The notes beneath the pieces are model-generated. The model was not told the origin of the DNA. It saw only the letters and a list, made by a program, of their open reading frames with translations, and did no database searches. From Bilabrum cf. latius (lineage: Eukaryota), in NCBI GenBank assembly GCA_965178125.1, contig OZ237763.1, positions 124,001 through 188,000 of the forward strand: a stretch of DNA of 64,000 bases, in the 5' to 3' direction. A program made the position numbers and the translations under genes. Shown here one piece after another: positions 45,646-59,682 of this stretch. Numbering within the stretch: position 1 is the stretch's first letter; every line of letters starts with the position of its first letter.

Positions 45646-48600
45646 TCAGTCACCACTGCCAGCAGAACCGCTGGAGAGGCGCGACCTCGAGTTGCGGCGC
45701 ATGCCCTTGAGCCCCTTGAGAGACGAGGGGCGGGCAGCGGCAGCGGCGGCCATCAGAGAGGCGCTCTCGGATCCAGCGGGGGCACCTGACCCGCCCGTGC
45801 CCGTGCCCGTGGCTGTCGTTGGATTGAAAACGCTCTTCCGCTGGCGGGAACCACGGGCGGCCTGGCGCGCTCTGCCGGCCCCGCTTCCGCCGGATGCCAC
45901 GGATGAGGCACGCATTGCGCCGGCACCCACAGTCTCAGCACCGGCGGCGTCCTTCTTCAGACCCGAGTTTTCGGCGCGCAGCTGCTCCACATGCTGCAGG
46001 AGATCGCCGTACGCGTTCCTGAACAGCTGCCAGGACGCCTGGTCGGGGGCCTGTTCCAGCCCGAGGATGCCCTCCGCCGTGGCGTCCAGCTGGGCGTTGG
46101 ACATGGCCTTCTTGGAGTCGGCGCCACCCGGGCGCTTCATCATCATCGGGTTGTTCTCAGTGGTGATCTTGTCGGTGCCGCCTGCCTCAGGGTCCGTTGC
46201 GGCAATCTGCGCGCGAGAATCCCCCCTGCCGCCGCCCTTGGTCTTGCCGACTGCCAGCTTCTTCTGCTTGTCGTCGTCGGCAGAGTTCTTGCACATCTCC
46301 ACAATGTCCAGGATTATGACGGTGCCGAAGTAGAGGAGCGTGCTCACCACGATGAGGATCACCAGGATGGTCAGCGTGTCGCGCTGGCTCTGGTAGAAGT
46401 CGCTGTCCAGACGGCCCGACTCAAACATGATGCCGGCCAGCACCACCATGATGGCGCTGAACAGCAGCACGGCCTCCACCGTGTTGTAGTCGAACAGGGC
46501 AGACCCGAACACCACGGAAGACAGACTCACGAACAGTGCGCGTGCGTTCGTCACATCCAGACCCTTGCTGAACGTGGCCCGCTTGCGACCCCGAGACTCG
46601 ATGCGCTGGATGTCGGTCCAGATCTGGTGGTGCAGTGAGGACGGATCCACGCGGCGGGTGATGTGGTCACGCACCACGGCGTCGCGGTCGCCAGGAGACA
46701 TGTACGGGTTGTTGTGCACGTGAGCCGAGTACGACAGGAACAGCACCAGCAGAGCCATGGACAGCTGGAACGCGGCGTTCTGCACGAACATGAGAGCCGT
46801 CAGGGCGAGGCCCAGCTTGCGGGCCAGGATCACCAGCACCCACGCGACGTAGTTGGGCGTGAACTGCATGTACAGCCTTGAGTACCTCTTGCGCATGAGC
46901 AAAGAGCCCTCAGTGGCGCTCGACTTGGTGTCACCGGTGCCCTTGGCACGCAGCAGCTGATCCGCCACGATGTCCTTGCGGTACATGAACAGGATGTACG
47001 TGGCCCAGGCGGGGAAGCCGATCACGTACACGGCCAGGGTCAGGATCGTGAACGGAAGCAGCGTGCGGTAGACGCCGCCCGGCTTGTTGCACGGCTCGAA
47101 CACGGCCTGGAAGTAGCGGATCACGTTCCCGTCCTCGTCGTACTCTGGCGGGTCAGTGGGCGTGCAGTTGAGAGCGTCGGCAGTGAGGCGCGCCAGGTTG
47201 AGATACAGCACGTAGAACATCACGCAGACCGCCTTGATGAGCATGTCCAGGTGGTCGGCAGAGTTCTTGAAGCCGTGACCCTTCACGCACCACGTGTACA
47301 GGAAGTAGACCACGAAGAACACGCCGAACAGCACCATCACAGCAGCAGGCACCAGCATGAGGAAGGCCCACTTGGTGATGTACCCCAGGTCAGGCACGAT
47401 GCACTCGGGGGCAGTGATCTCGAGGTTGAGGTTGAAGGCAGACAGCACGTGAAGCATCTCCCGGATCATGGGGGGCCATGACACGCGCGCCGATGCGAAG
47501 ATGGCCAGTGACTGCAGGTAGTCGATACCCGACGCAGCCAGCGCTACGTTGATGTCACGCTTGTTGATCCAGTACGCACCGAACGCACCTGCGATCACCA
47601 GAATCGCGAATGCGGCCATGAGGATCCACGGGTTGTCCGGGCACTCAACACACTGGCCCGCCTGCCTGTAGTAGCCGTCTGCGCAACTGCCGCATCGGAA
47701 CGACGGTGCTTCGGACTTGTAGGCAGCAGCGCACTGGTTGTCACCGATGCACGCGAAGTCAGGCTCGCACTTGACGATGCACACGTCACGGCCAGGCACT
47801 CGGTTGGATGCAGGGCACGCATCGGCCATGCCACTCGTGACAGAATCGGAAGAGTTGAGGTTGTACCACCCGGCCTGCGGCACAGGCATGGTGTGCACCC
47901 GCCTCGAGTCGTCGTAGCCCTGGCAGTCGGCACCCAGCGGGCACGGCACGCAATGCTCGCCTTCCACGCCGAATGCGCCATCATCACACGCGAAGAACAC
48001 GCCATCGAGCGGAGGTGCAGCCGGCACGAAGCCACTCTGCCCCGCTACCTGCAGCGACACGTTCTTGAAGCCCACGGTCATGTGAGGCACCGTGCAGTCG
48101 ATCTGCCGGGTGGTCTCTCCCAGCGGGTCCCCACTGCGGGGGAAAGCCCCAGGCACGCGAGAGACCTACACGCACTGGACACCGGCCACGGCGCCCACAA
48201 CCAGCCGCTCCTGCGCGGTCCATCCCTGCCTGTCAGCCAGCTCGGGGTCACCGTAGTTGTACCCATACAGGGCCACGGTGCGCCTAGGGGCGGATTCGGG
48301 CAGCCAGTAGGTGGCGTTTGTAGCTGCCTGCTGGCTCCGCCTCTCCTCCATGCTAGAGCCCCAGTTGTGGAGCAGGTCGGTCAGTGGCCGCTGCGTCTGC
48401 TCGTTGATGATGATTGCATTGCCGATCACGCCCTCGCCGTCAGCTGCGGCTGATAGATCGCGCGCATCCCGGAGCGCATTCCAGTAGTTGCCGAGCTCGC
48501 CAGGAGGAGACATGCGCAGCTGCTGGGGCACGACCCGGTCGATCCGCGGCGGGCGGTAGGCGAAGCGAAGCGTGTTGGACTCGGCATGCAGACCGCCCAC

Positions 48601-51600
48601 ATCGGGGAATGTCGTGGCACCGCCCTCTCCGCCCTCGACCACGCGGCCCTCGCTCAGGGCAGCGTCCTCCAGCACCACAGACACGGGCCGGTTGACGCCG
48701 ATGCCGCCAGGGGCACGCAGCACGATTTCGTTCTCGGTGCGCTGCTCGATCGTGTATTGGCAAGCCGTCTCGTACACGCCCAGGGGCCTGCCGCCCACCA
48801 GGGTTCGAGCGTCCGAGAGGCATGACCGGAAGAAGGTCACGCGCAGGTAGGCCGTCGGGACCGAGGCCGCCTCATCGATGGAGATGCCGGGGCTGAAGTA
48901 GCCCAGAGAGAGCTGCTGGGAGGTGCGGGTGGTGTTCCTGGGGGTGGGGCCGAAGAGGTGGCCCCGGATGGTCACCTCAAAGCCGCCCTCGGTGCCGCCT
49001 GTCTGCGGGGCCAGCGACTCGAGGATGGGTGCAGCGTACCGCAGACGGGGATGGTTGTCGGCGTCAATGTCGATGTTCAGCAAGCGCCCGCCAACAGAGA
49101 GCTCAATGTCTCTCTGCAGCACGGCCGGCGGCACTTGGAACGTGATGGCCTCGTGCTCGTGCACGAACACCATGTGCTGCGCCACCTCGCCCTCGCCCTG
49201 GAACGACTCGAGGCCGTCACAGCGCAGCTCCTGCGCACGACGCCGGTAGGTCCAAGCAGTGAACACGCACAGCTCGTATGTCTGGCTGGAACCACCGGAT
49301 GGGAGCAGCCCACGGCGCCCGAAGTTCCTGCCCAGGATCGTCACGTTGTACCCACCCCCTGACGGCAGGTTGGCCAGCACGATGCCCCCGGTGGACGTCA
49401 CCTCCACAACGGGCCCGCCCACCATCATCGCACCGGTGTCAACCAGCGGCGACGGCAAAGCTGCAATGGGCATCGCATCGCGCTGCAACACACCGGTGGG
49501 ATCTAGCTGATTAAGTACTTCCGGGTTGCTGAAGGCGGGGTCCATGACAGGATCCACACCATGCAGAGCCAGTCCAGTGACCTCGGGTCCGTCGTACGAC
49601 AAGGCCGCAGCCATGGGATCACCTACCTGTCCGGCCACCGTCACGCGCACAGGCAGGTTCTCGCCGAAGCCCTCAGGCAGCGTGCAGCGCACCTGGTCCT
49701 GACTCAGACGCGTGGCTCCGGAGCACTCCACGTAGGCGTACTGCGCCCCCTGCAGCCTGCGAGAGCTGGAGGACAGCCCCGTGGGCAGGCCGATCTCGAC
49801 CTTGACCAGAGGCTCGGCAGTGGATCCGTTTACAGAAGACGGCACCTCACGACCAGGGATAGTGGTGCCGAAGTTGGTTCCAGACACGGTCAGCGTGGAG
49901 CCGCCCTTGGTAGGCACGGTGCCGGAGGGCTGCGCCGACACGCCCAGCACCTCGGGGGACTGGTACCTCAGAGGCACGTCCCGGCTGACCAGCTGCGCGT
50001 TGCCGCGCATGGCAGTCACGAGCGCGTTTGTGTCCCTCGAGTTCTCCAGCGCGTTGGCCTGGGAGGCAGCCTGCTGGTCCAGGCTGGTGATCGTGGTGCC
50101 GAGGGCCTGTGCCACGTCAGCGGCTCGCTGCGCCAGGTGAAGCGACTGGTCGCCCACCATCACACGGAGGGAGTAGGGCTGGGCATCGCCGTAGTAGAGA
50201 CCATCGCCCTCGCCCATGGGCACGGCCGTGATGAAGCAGTCATGCAGCGAGTCCTGCAGCCCATTGGAGTCCGACTCGAGCACGCCCTAGGGGGCGCAAT
50301 TGTGCCTCGCACTCGCGTCGATCACGCTGCCCGATGGGTGGCCATACGTTAGAATTCCGTCTGCGCCGCACGTGTACCCGCCGATCAGGCCGCCGTCCTG
50401 TGCCTCAGCTGCCTCGACATACGCGCACTCTCCCAAGTTGGCGCCACGCACGCGGACGTACCCTCCCAGCGTGGGGATCTCGAGCCAGCGGCCCTCGGAG
50501 GCCTGGTCTGCGCCAGTCACCACCGTGCGCCAGTTGGACGCATCTCGACGAGCGTTGTAGTTGGTGATCTGTGCAGGGTCAGCCGCCCACACGTCCACCA
50601 TCACAGCGACAGGCGGGGCATACGAGTACTTGGAATCACCAGCGGAGAAAGTCCCGTCCCTGTCGATCCAGATGGACTGGTCGCTGCCCTCCCCAGGAGG
50701 CGCCAGGAAGCTCACCACGTAGGCCTCCCCGGGACCAACACCGGTCTGCGAGTCAACAACACGCTGCTTGATCGTCGCTGGGCTCTCACTTGCAGACATC
50801 CACACGCTGTTGACGGGGTCCCACACACGGCAAGGCGTGGCCTCAGCCGCGGTGGCACCCTTCGCCAGCACCCTCAGGTTGGTGACGAACTGCAGCCCAC
50901 TCACCCGCATGGTGATGCCGTTCTGGCCAGGGCCCATAGAGTTGTCCACTGGGTGCCCACGGGTAGGCACGTTGTCGATGTTGCCCTCCAGCCCAGACAC
51001 GTAGGGGGCCAGGTCAAGGTACTCGATGTTGTCTGTCTGCACCGACTGCCCCGAGGGCCACGCCTGTGACTCGATGGACAGGATCACGCGGGCCGACTGC
51101 TCGCTCGTGTACATCAGCAGCCTGTCGTGGTGCCAGTCTCGCATGTACACGGGCTTGCCTAGCAGAGCTGGCTCCAAAGCCACAGACAAACGCACAAACC
51201 GACCAGAGCTCACCGCTCGGTTGGCCTGTGGGTGTCCCAGGTTGGTGCCGAACACCTTCACCTGTACCACGTCCTGCTGGTCGCACGTGAACGGGTCACC
51301 GGCGCTGAAGGGGCAGATGCGCTCCTGCTCCGAGTCGACCTCGCCAGTGCTTGAGGAGTTCACACTGGGCGCCACGTAGCCTGGCTCCAGCCACGCAGGC
51401 CTGGTCACCACAGCCCGGTCCAGGGTAGGGTCCTAGTAAGAGAAGATCGAGTTGAGCGTGATTTCGGACAGCGAGTCGGGGTTGATGGTGGCGCTGGCCT
51501 GCGTGTCGGACTGCCCCGTCTCGGACTGCGACACGGGGGCGAGGCCCACCTGCACTGGGATGGCGCGGCCGGCTCCATGCACGGGCAAGGGGAAGCGCAC

Positions 51601-54600
51601 GCGCTGCTGCCTCGAGTTGCCGCTGTCGATCTCCACGGAGGACGGCGCGATGCGGTCCGAGCCGAAGTTCACCATCACGCGATTGAGCGGGTCTGCCAGA
51701 GGCACGTTCCTGGTCAGCAGCTCGATCTGCGTGGGGTTGTCTATTGGCGAGTAGGTGTCGGCCGTGGCAGGCGTGACCTGAAGCACCTCAGCCGATGCGA
51801 AATCAAAGAAGGCGTCGTCCTCGGTTGGTTGAGGAGAGGCCTGGTCTGCCACCATGATGCGGAACCAGTGCCTCTTGCCAGAGGCAGGGGGCAGCGTCAC
51901 CTGAAGATGCGTGTGGTTCACGTGCGTGAAGAGAGTCCGGCGCACCTCGTACTGGCCACCTTGCTGGCCAAACGTCACACCCTGCAGCAGAGTCAGCGAG
52001 TTTTCGCCGAACGTCAGCTCCGGGGGCCCAAACTGCTCACCCACAATCCACAGCCGCTCGCCACCGTTCGGGTCTGCATCGACCACCGGAGACCACTCCT
52101 CGCCAACCCTCCACACTGCGTGCACCTCCGGCATGGCGTAGGCAGTCGTGGGGTTTGTGGACCGCTGTCCGTCCAGCAGGATGCTCCAGCGGAGGGCGCG
52201 ACCCGCACCAGGGGCGGTGTCGCACATTATGGCCTCGTGCGCAGTCACCAGCCTGCACCCGCTGGCCTCGAAGGTGACCTCGTCCTCGGGTCCGTTGTCC
52301 AGAGACACAGTGTACTCCACCAGTATGCGAGAGGCAAACACAGACTCAGGCACGGTCGGCCCAAAGTTGCGGCCGTAGACCGTCACCGGCTCCCCACCCG
52401 GGGTGTCGGCATCAGCAGCACCGGGGCCCTCGAATCGAGAGATCGTGGGTGCAGCGTATGAAGCATTGCTCTCATGCAAGTTGGAACCGAGGTTGGCCAT
52501 GACCACGCGGAACTCGAGCATGGTGCCAGTGCCCGGCACCATCACGCACTGCATCCTCGAGTCACTGTCCACGCGGCAATCCGATGCCACATACCGCAGA
52601 GACGAGTTGGGTGGGCCATACCTCACCTCAGTGATGGAGCCCAGAGTGGCCAAGAAGGCGGGCCCGAAGCCAGACCCCTCCAGCTGCACCTGCCGCCCGC
52701 CACGGGTGTCCACATCCTCGCCGTTCCGCACGGCGGTCAGCATGGGCGGGGCGTACGACATGAGGCGGTTGTCAGCCGGGATCTGAGACACGCCTTCCGG
52801 TCCCTGGTAGTCAGTCACATCGTTGCTGCGAACACCGTCCACCTCCACGATGATCTCGTGGCCCGCACCCACGCCAGGTGCCACTTCGCAGTCGATCACG
52901 GTGTGAGCCTGCTGGGACGTGGCGAACGGCTTGGAGCAGGACTCCATTGTGTGCTCGTACTCATCCATCCCATCCGTGGTGGTGCCCAGCGAGGGAGACA
53001 CCGATGACAGCCGGTACATGACGGTGACAGCAGCCGAGGCGGGGCCCAGGTTGGCTCCAGTGATGCGCACGGTCTGTCCTCCTGCTCCAGACAGCATGTC
53101 CTTGTTGACGCCCTGCAGTCCCTGCACGCTCGTGACGTACGGGGTATCATAACTGAAGGGCTGTGAGCTCACTTGGTCAGCAGGCTGCTGGGATGCTATG
53201 ACGGGCTCTGGAGGCGTGTCGCCCACGAACGGTCCCGACAGCGAGGAGTAGCCCATCTCGCCGTTGATCACCAGCGCCCAGTGCAGGTTGGCGCCAGAGC
53301 CCTCCACGCTCGCGCAAGTGAAGTTGTGCTGCGGCTCGGCACCTGCAGGGAGCGTGGTCGTCTGGCACTCGAACCGGGCCTGTCCATCGGCCGACCCAGA
53401 CGGCCGCTGGTAGAACAGCCTGCGCTTGCCCACGGGCCCTAGGTTAGTGCCAGAGATACTGATCACAGTTCCACCATCAGTGGCCAGCTGGAATGCGCTG
53501 GGGTATACCATGGAGATTTCAGGGTCGGCGTAATCGAATGACTGCGAAGTGGCGATAATGGCCACATCGGAGTCCACGATGGCGAAGGGGGCAAATCCGC
53601 GACCGTATCCCATGCCGTCACCTGGGGTGGTGCATGTGAAGTACTCATCGGGCATGTGACCGGGCCTGCAGTTCTACATCTCCACCTTCTGCTCCATGCC
53701 AGTGGCTGGGTCAGTGCGGTTGAAGTGCACCCTGTACGTGGAGCTCACGCTGCCGAGGTACTGGCCCGTGAAGTTGCAGTCCACGGCCTGGGTGGCGATC
53801 ACGGGCAGCTGCTCGCAAGTGAACGAGTCGATGATGGGTGTGTCGGTCAGGTTGGCCCTCACCACCAGAGCTACTGGCTTAGTGTCCGTCAGGTTGCCGT
53901 CCGTCACGGACAGGTGAGCGTGATACACAGCTCGCACCAGGGCTCCTCCCGGCACCACGTCGGACAGGAAGGGCCTGAACTCGCCCGAGTTGCTCCAGTC
54001 CCGAGGCGTGGGCTTGTTCTCCACCGTGATCTTGCCCGTGGCCGAGTCGATCGCGAACAGGTTCAAGGAGCCGTCCGTCAGCGGCCCGGCCGTCATGCCG
54101 GTGGCTGTCGTGATGTTGCCAGAGGTGGCCAGGCTGTACGTGAGAGCCACCCGCCACATGCCGTTGTCCTCGTCCTGCACCTCGGGGTCGGGAGAGAAGG
54201 TGTTGAACTGGGTGCCTGCACCCGTACGCAGCACAGCACCGAACTCGTCCACGATGAGAACCTGGTCCATTGCGATCACGGGGGCATCGTTCACATCCCG
54301 CACCTCCACACGGAGCAGCTCCTCCACACGGTTGTCCGCGATGTCCCTGATCTCAATGATAGCCAGGAACTCGGGGGCGCTCAGCCCGCCGTCCTTGGCC
54401 TCGAAGTTGAAGGGCATGTCGTTGCTGTCCAGCTTCATGTACATCTGGCCAGCTGCCGTGATGCCTAGCCGCTGGGACTCGTCGAATGCGATGCGGAAGG
54501 TCAGGGGGTCGTTCTCGGGGTCAGTGGCGATGGTGGCCAGCGACACACCCACGGAGCTGCCGTTGCCCAGGTTCTCGTCGGTGAAGATGCGCGACCCTGG

Positions 54601-57600
54601 AGGCAGGCTCGGGGGCTCGTTCACATCCAAGATGTCCACAGTCACGCCCACATCGATGTGCGAGCCGGGGAAGCCGTTCACGCCCACCCGCACAACCAGG
54701 TCGAACACCTGCCTGCTCTCGTAGTCCAGCAGCGTTGGGTCCCTCACACTCAGCTGCCCGTCGCACAGCCCAATCTTGAACGTGTCGCCGTCGTTGCCGC
54801 CCACGATCGAGTACTCCAGCTGCTCGTCGGTTGCGTCCAGCTCCGCCGTGAGCGGATCACCGATGGGCGTGTTACGGGGCGAGTTCTCGTCGATGGAGCG
54901 GGTCTGGTTGTCCAGGCGGGGCGGGCGGATGAGGCACGTGGGGGCAGTGGACAGCGTCCATGTGCCGTTCAGGCGGCACGTGTCAACGGCCAGCGCGCTG
55001 TCGCCAGTGCCCTCAATACCGCCAGCGGGCGACACCAGGTCGAATCCGGTCCTGCAGTTAAGTTTGCACGTGTCCTGGTGGGTGGTGCCGCGGCATCCCG
55101 AGACAGTGTCCCCTCCCGTGACAGCGCACGACTTCTCCACCTCAAAATCGTCGAACAGAGCCTGGGCCTCGCCAGGGGACACGAACACGCCCACATCGCC
55201 CGAAGGGATGGTGGAGTCCTCCACCTCCACCACCACGGCCCCGTTGATCTCCAGCGAGAACTTCCGCCCGTCCAGCTTCACCACCACCTCGTGCCACTCG
55301 CCAGAAGCCAGAGTCAGCGCGCCCTCCCCCAGCACCACACCGGTGCCGCTGCGCTGCAGCACGATGCGCTGCGGGCTGCCGCTGGATTCGGTGTTGCCGG
55401 TCACAGCAGCTCCACCCAGCTGCGTGGCTGGCACTGTAGACACCATGGCCTGGTAGTACGTGGATGAATCAGCCGACCGGAACACGATGCCGGCCTGGCC
55501 CCGGGCCTCCTTGGGCTCCATCCTCAGTCGAGTGCGGATCTGGTGGAAGCCGTCGCTGATGGAGCGCGGGTCTGGGTCTGTGACCATGGCCACAACGCCC
55601 TGCGTCTCTCCGTAGAAGGCGCCGATGAGGTCTGCGTTCCCCTGGCACCCCTGCCTGCTGGGCGCAAGCACCAGCATGCTGTCGATGGCGAAGATGTGCT
55701 TGTCGCTGGGGGACGTGTCCTCAGCGATGCTCATGAAGCGGGGCTGGGCCCTGTCCGAGATCGAGAAGTCCTCCTTGATCACCGTCTGCAGGCACGTCGC
55801 GGCACCGGCAGGGGCAGGCCGGGCGGGGCACTGCTGCGAGCAGACCAGGTCAGGGGCGGACCATGCACCCTTGCGGCACACAGCAGACGAGGCACCGGCA
55901 GCTGCCGAGTACCCAGCATCGCAGGATAGCGTGCACTGGTCACCTGTACGTGCACCACTACACACAGATCCAGCTGTCTCGGTAGCATCGTCTGTCTCCC
56001 TTGTGTCGCAGCCGTCGAGGGCGAAGATGCGCGTGTCGCATATAGTAAGGTAGGTCCAGTCCTGTCTGGTAATAAACACATACCGGCCAGGCAGGTTGCA
56101 GTTGACAGGCACGTAGGTCATTATTTGAGGCGCATTCCAGGGATAATCCACCTCGCACTGCGTGTTCTGGGTGGGGCTGCCTGAGCTGTCGCCGATGTAC
56201 ACGCGGAAGCCGTTCAGGCGGTTCCTGCTGCCATCAAGCCGTCCAGCCACGTCAACACGGGTTACGAACTCCTGCTTCTGCAAGTCGATGCGGATCCACG
56301 GGCCCCATCGCCAGTTCGAATGCGTACAGCGCCAGCCATCATGGCGCAGGTTGTAGTTCGTGTCGGTTGCGCGAGGTGGCCACCCACCGTGAGCCTGTCC
56401 GTTGCTGGCCACCGGCTTGAGCCTGCCGACCTGGACGTCGTTCACAGCCTGGGCGGTCACCCGCACAGCCCTCGAAGGGTCCGCCTCGGGGCCGAAGCCC
56501 GCCTAGGATCCTGCCGCCACATCGAACCGGTAGGAAGTGTCCGGGGACAGCCCGGGGATCAGCGCCTCGTAGTTGCCAGCCGTGGACGTCATGGCATCGG
56601 CTGCAGAGATGAATCGAGCGGGACCCGGCGTGGTGCAGTCCCTGATCTTGAGAGTGAAGTCGTCGAAGCGGAAGCGGGTCTGGCCGTTGATCCAGGACTT
56701 GATGAAGAGACCCACACGCACGTTCTGCATGCCCCCGTTCCTGAGCCAGCCCTCGGGGAACTGGGTCCAGAACTGCCTCCAGCCGCGGTTCTCGTAGCAC
56801 TCCCTGCGGGTCTCGCCCTGGGAGCACGTCTTGTAGGTGAAGTCAATCAGACGCCGAGCACCCGTCCGCTCGGCACGCAGCCAGGCACCATACTAGCTGT
56901 TCCAGTGAGACCTGTAGTTCGTGCCGTCCTTCTCCAAATTGATCTGGAATCCGTTGTTTACCCGCCGAACCCCGTAGTACAGCTTGTGCATGTCATCGTT
57001 GAGCTCGTAGAACATGATGCCACCGATGCGGTTGTTGCCGATGTACCCAGCCTCCATGTTGACCCACACCTCGATGGCCCAGTCGTTCTCTTCCATCCAC
57101 CCGTTCGTGCCCTCCTCGTCGGTCAGCCCAAGCGGGAAGTGCTCCCGGTACAGAATGGGACAGTCGCGCTCATTGGCAGTCCAGCAGTTGATGTTGTTGC
57201 CGCCCCGCATCACCAGCACGCCATTCCCGTCCGGCTCGGTCACCTGCTGAAAGGCAGAATCAGACCTCCCGTTCGTCACGAAGGTCCATCCGTTGGCCAG
57301 AGAGGGGTTGTCGAACGTCTCCACGAAGGCCTGCGGCAAGGACCGCACCTTGAACCCAGTCAGACTGGAGTAGTACCCCGTGTCTGCACCGGCGGGGAAC
57401 TGCCAGCGCACCGTGGCCTGCTCCCGCCCCGTCACAGCCGTCACAGTCCTGGGCGCCTCCGGGGGCTCTGCCTGGCACACCGGGGTGCGGCCCTGCAGCT
57501 GGCCCTCGGGGGAACACACCACGGGGTCGCCCTGCACCGGGTTGCGCTCCGTGAACTCTTGCGCCGAGTCGCACGTGTAGTACTTAGCCCCGCGGAAATC

Positions 57601-59682
57601 GTTCACAGAAGACACGCCCGTGGTGTCCACATTCCTGCACTCATCCATCTCGATCAAGCGAAGGTCGGCCATGACATCCGAGCCAGAAGCCGCCCCTGCC
57701 CTGCCACCGAACAGCACCAGCTGGTTGCCGCCCGCCAGCTGCTGCAGACGGGCTCCCACGCGTGCCTGAGGCGCATCGCCTACCAGCTTGAGGGTGCTCT
57801 TGAAGCCGAGAGCCACGGTGTCGAACACGTGCACATCGCTCAGGGCGGTGCCAGCGTCGTTCACACCGCCGAACAGGAACATGCTGCCGCGCGTGGTGAC
57901 GGCCGTGTGGGCGTACCTGGCAGAAGGGCTGTCCAGCATCTTGTTGGCGAACACCTTCACCTCGCACAAGGTCAGGGTCCCTGACCTGATGGCTACAAAG
58001 ACGAATCGCCCCCGCAGGTTGCAGTCAATGTCAGCGGACGTTCCCACGTTGTTGGGCACATCGGGGCACGATGGGTTGGCGGACCAATCGTCCCGGATGT
58101 TGCCTACTGTCACGAAGAAGTTCCGCAGGCGGTTGTTGCAGCACGAGTCCGTCCGGTCCCACAGCTGGATCATAGACACGTCCACGGTGCGGCCCAGGTC
58201 CACGCGCCACCAGCGGTCACCCGATTGAGATCCAGTATGCGTGCACGATTCGGAGGAGTAACGGCCGTCGGTGCGACCGTCCACAGCGCGGGAGGGTACA
58301 CCACTATGGTCGATTGACGATTGCGCAGTGGGCATGCCCCTTGCAACCTCCTCCACGCCCCCGCCCAGCTGCAGCCACGTGTACGGCTCAGGCCCAAACA
58401 CCTCCAGCTCGCACACCTGCAGCATCCTGCCGGTGCCTGGGATGTACACGATCACGTACTGACCCACCTGCCCGTCGCACTGGAAGTCGATGTGGGAGCC
58501 GCGCGGCTGATCAGTCGCCGAGTACTGCGAGGTGCACTCCCGGAGGTCATCGTCCCAGTTGCTGGCGCCCACCTGGTCCGAGAGGGCGACCTTGATGCCG
58601 CGGTTGCGCTCCGTGCAACAATCAGTCCTCATCCACACGCGCGCTCGCTGCACCTTTGCAGTGCGCTGCAGGTTGACCCACATGCGCGGGTTGGTGGAGC
58701 CGGATCCACCCGTCGAGTGGTAGCACGAGCCGCTGGCCATGTTACCGTTGGTGTTGCCGTCCACGGCCCTACTTGCCGCGTATACAGTGTGTTGGTTTAG
58801 CCTCCCAGTGGGCCTGCCCCTCGCGATGTTGGTGAGGCCGTCCTCGGTCAGGAACCCCTCCGAGGAGATCATCCACATGTCGCCCAGCACGCGGTCGCTG
58901 TCGGTCATGCCCCCGAACAGGATGGCACGAGAACCGGCCGCATCTGGAACGAAGGATGCGAGCTCCCTGCGGGCTGGCGCGTCGGTCTGGGCCCCAGAGG
59001 GCCTCAGCCACGATCGAGAGTTGTCGGTGTTGAGCGCAGTGACCGCGTAGGTGTCGCCGAGGAGGGCGCCACCCGCCGTCTTGCCACCGAACACGACCAG
59101 GCAGTTCCTGCCGAGTCGACCGTCGCATTTACGAAGTTGTGCCATGTGCGCGTTCAGCCGGGCAGCCGGGGCTGTCCCTCCGCTAGGAGTTGAGGGAGTG
59201 ACGTCCCGCCACTGCATGCGGTCCATTCGGAACTCGAACAGCTTGTTCGTGGCGGCAGATCCCTTGACTGCCTTGCCGCCGAATACCCACATGCGGCCCT
59301 CGTTCGACGCGATTACAGAGCCTTCGTAGCTCGCTGGCCGTGCGCTGCTGGCGCCTTGCATCATCGAAGAAATGTCATTGCTCCAGTGTCCATCTGCGAG
59401 AGTGCAACACGTGGTTCAATACTGCTATATTCGTGCACAATTCAGCGACGCCCGATGGGCTGAATTGGATTAATATTAAACCTTACCAGGACTGAAGATC
59501 CTTGCATCGTCAAATTCGTCGCCGTTCTCATCGACTCCCCCGAGCACCAGCGCATGCGATTTGTTCGACGCGAACAAGAAGTCCGATCGACCGTCTGGTG
59601 CGTTCTGGAGTCCCCTCTCTTTCCAAGTAAGCTCTGCAGCAAACGCAAGCGCCATCATTACAGCCACAATGATGACTGACAT
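45646..59682 (-). CDS. Giant (about 4650 aa) surface receptor/adhesin: signal peptide, Kelch, F-type lectin x3, sushi, FN3, ConA-like, cadherin, many IPT/TIG, Cys-rich, multi-pass TM, cytoplasmic tail; exons 59682-59487 and 59393-45646; 6 TAG
   Basis: Seven supplied ORFs share one frame, separated only by TAG at 56893, 56503, 53674, 51433, 50287 and 48166. Fucolectin-type motifs (SRAVDG...CTHT...RTDSCCNNRL), cadherin motifs (LDYE, DVNEPP, DVNDAP), IPT motifs (GGxxVTIxGxNFG). Ends TGA. An alternative ATG lies at 59718. Confidence 0.85.
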
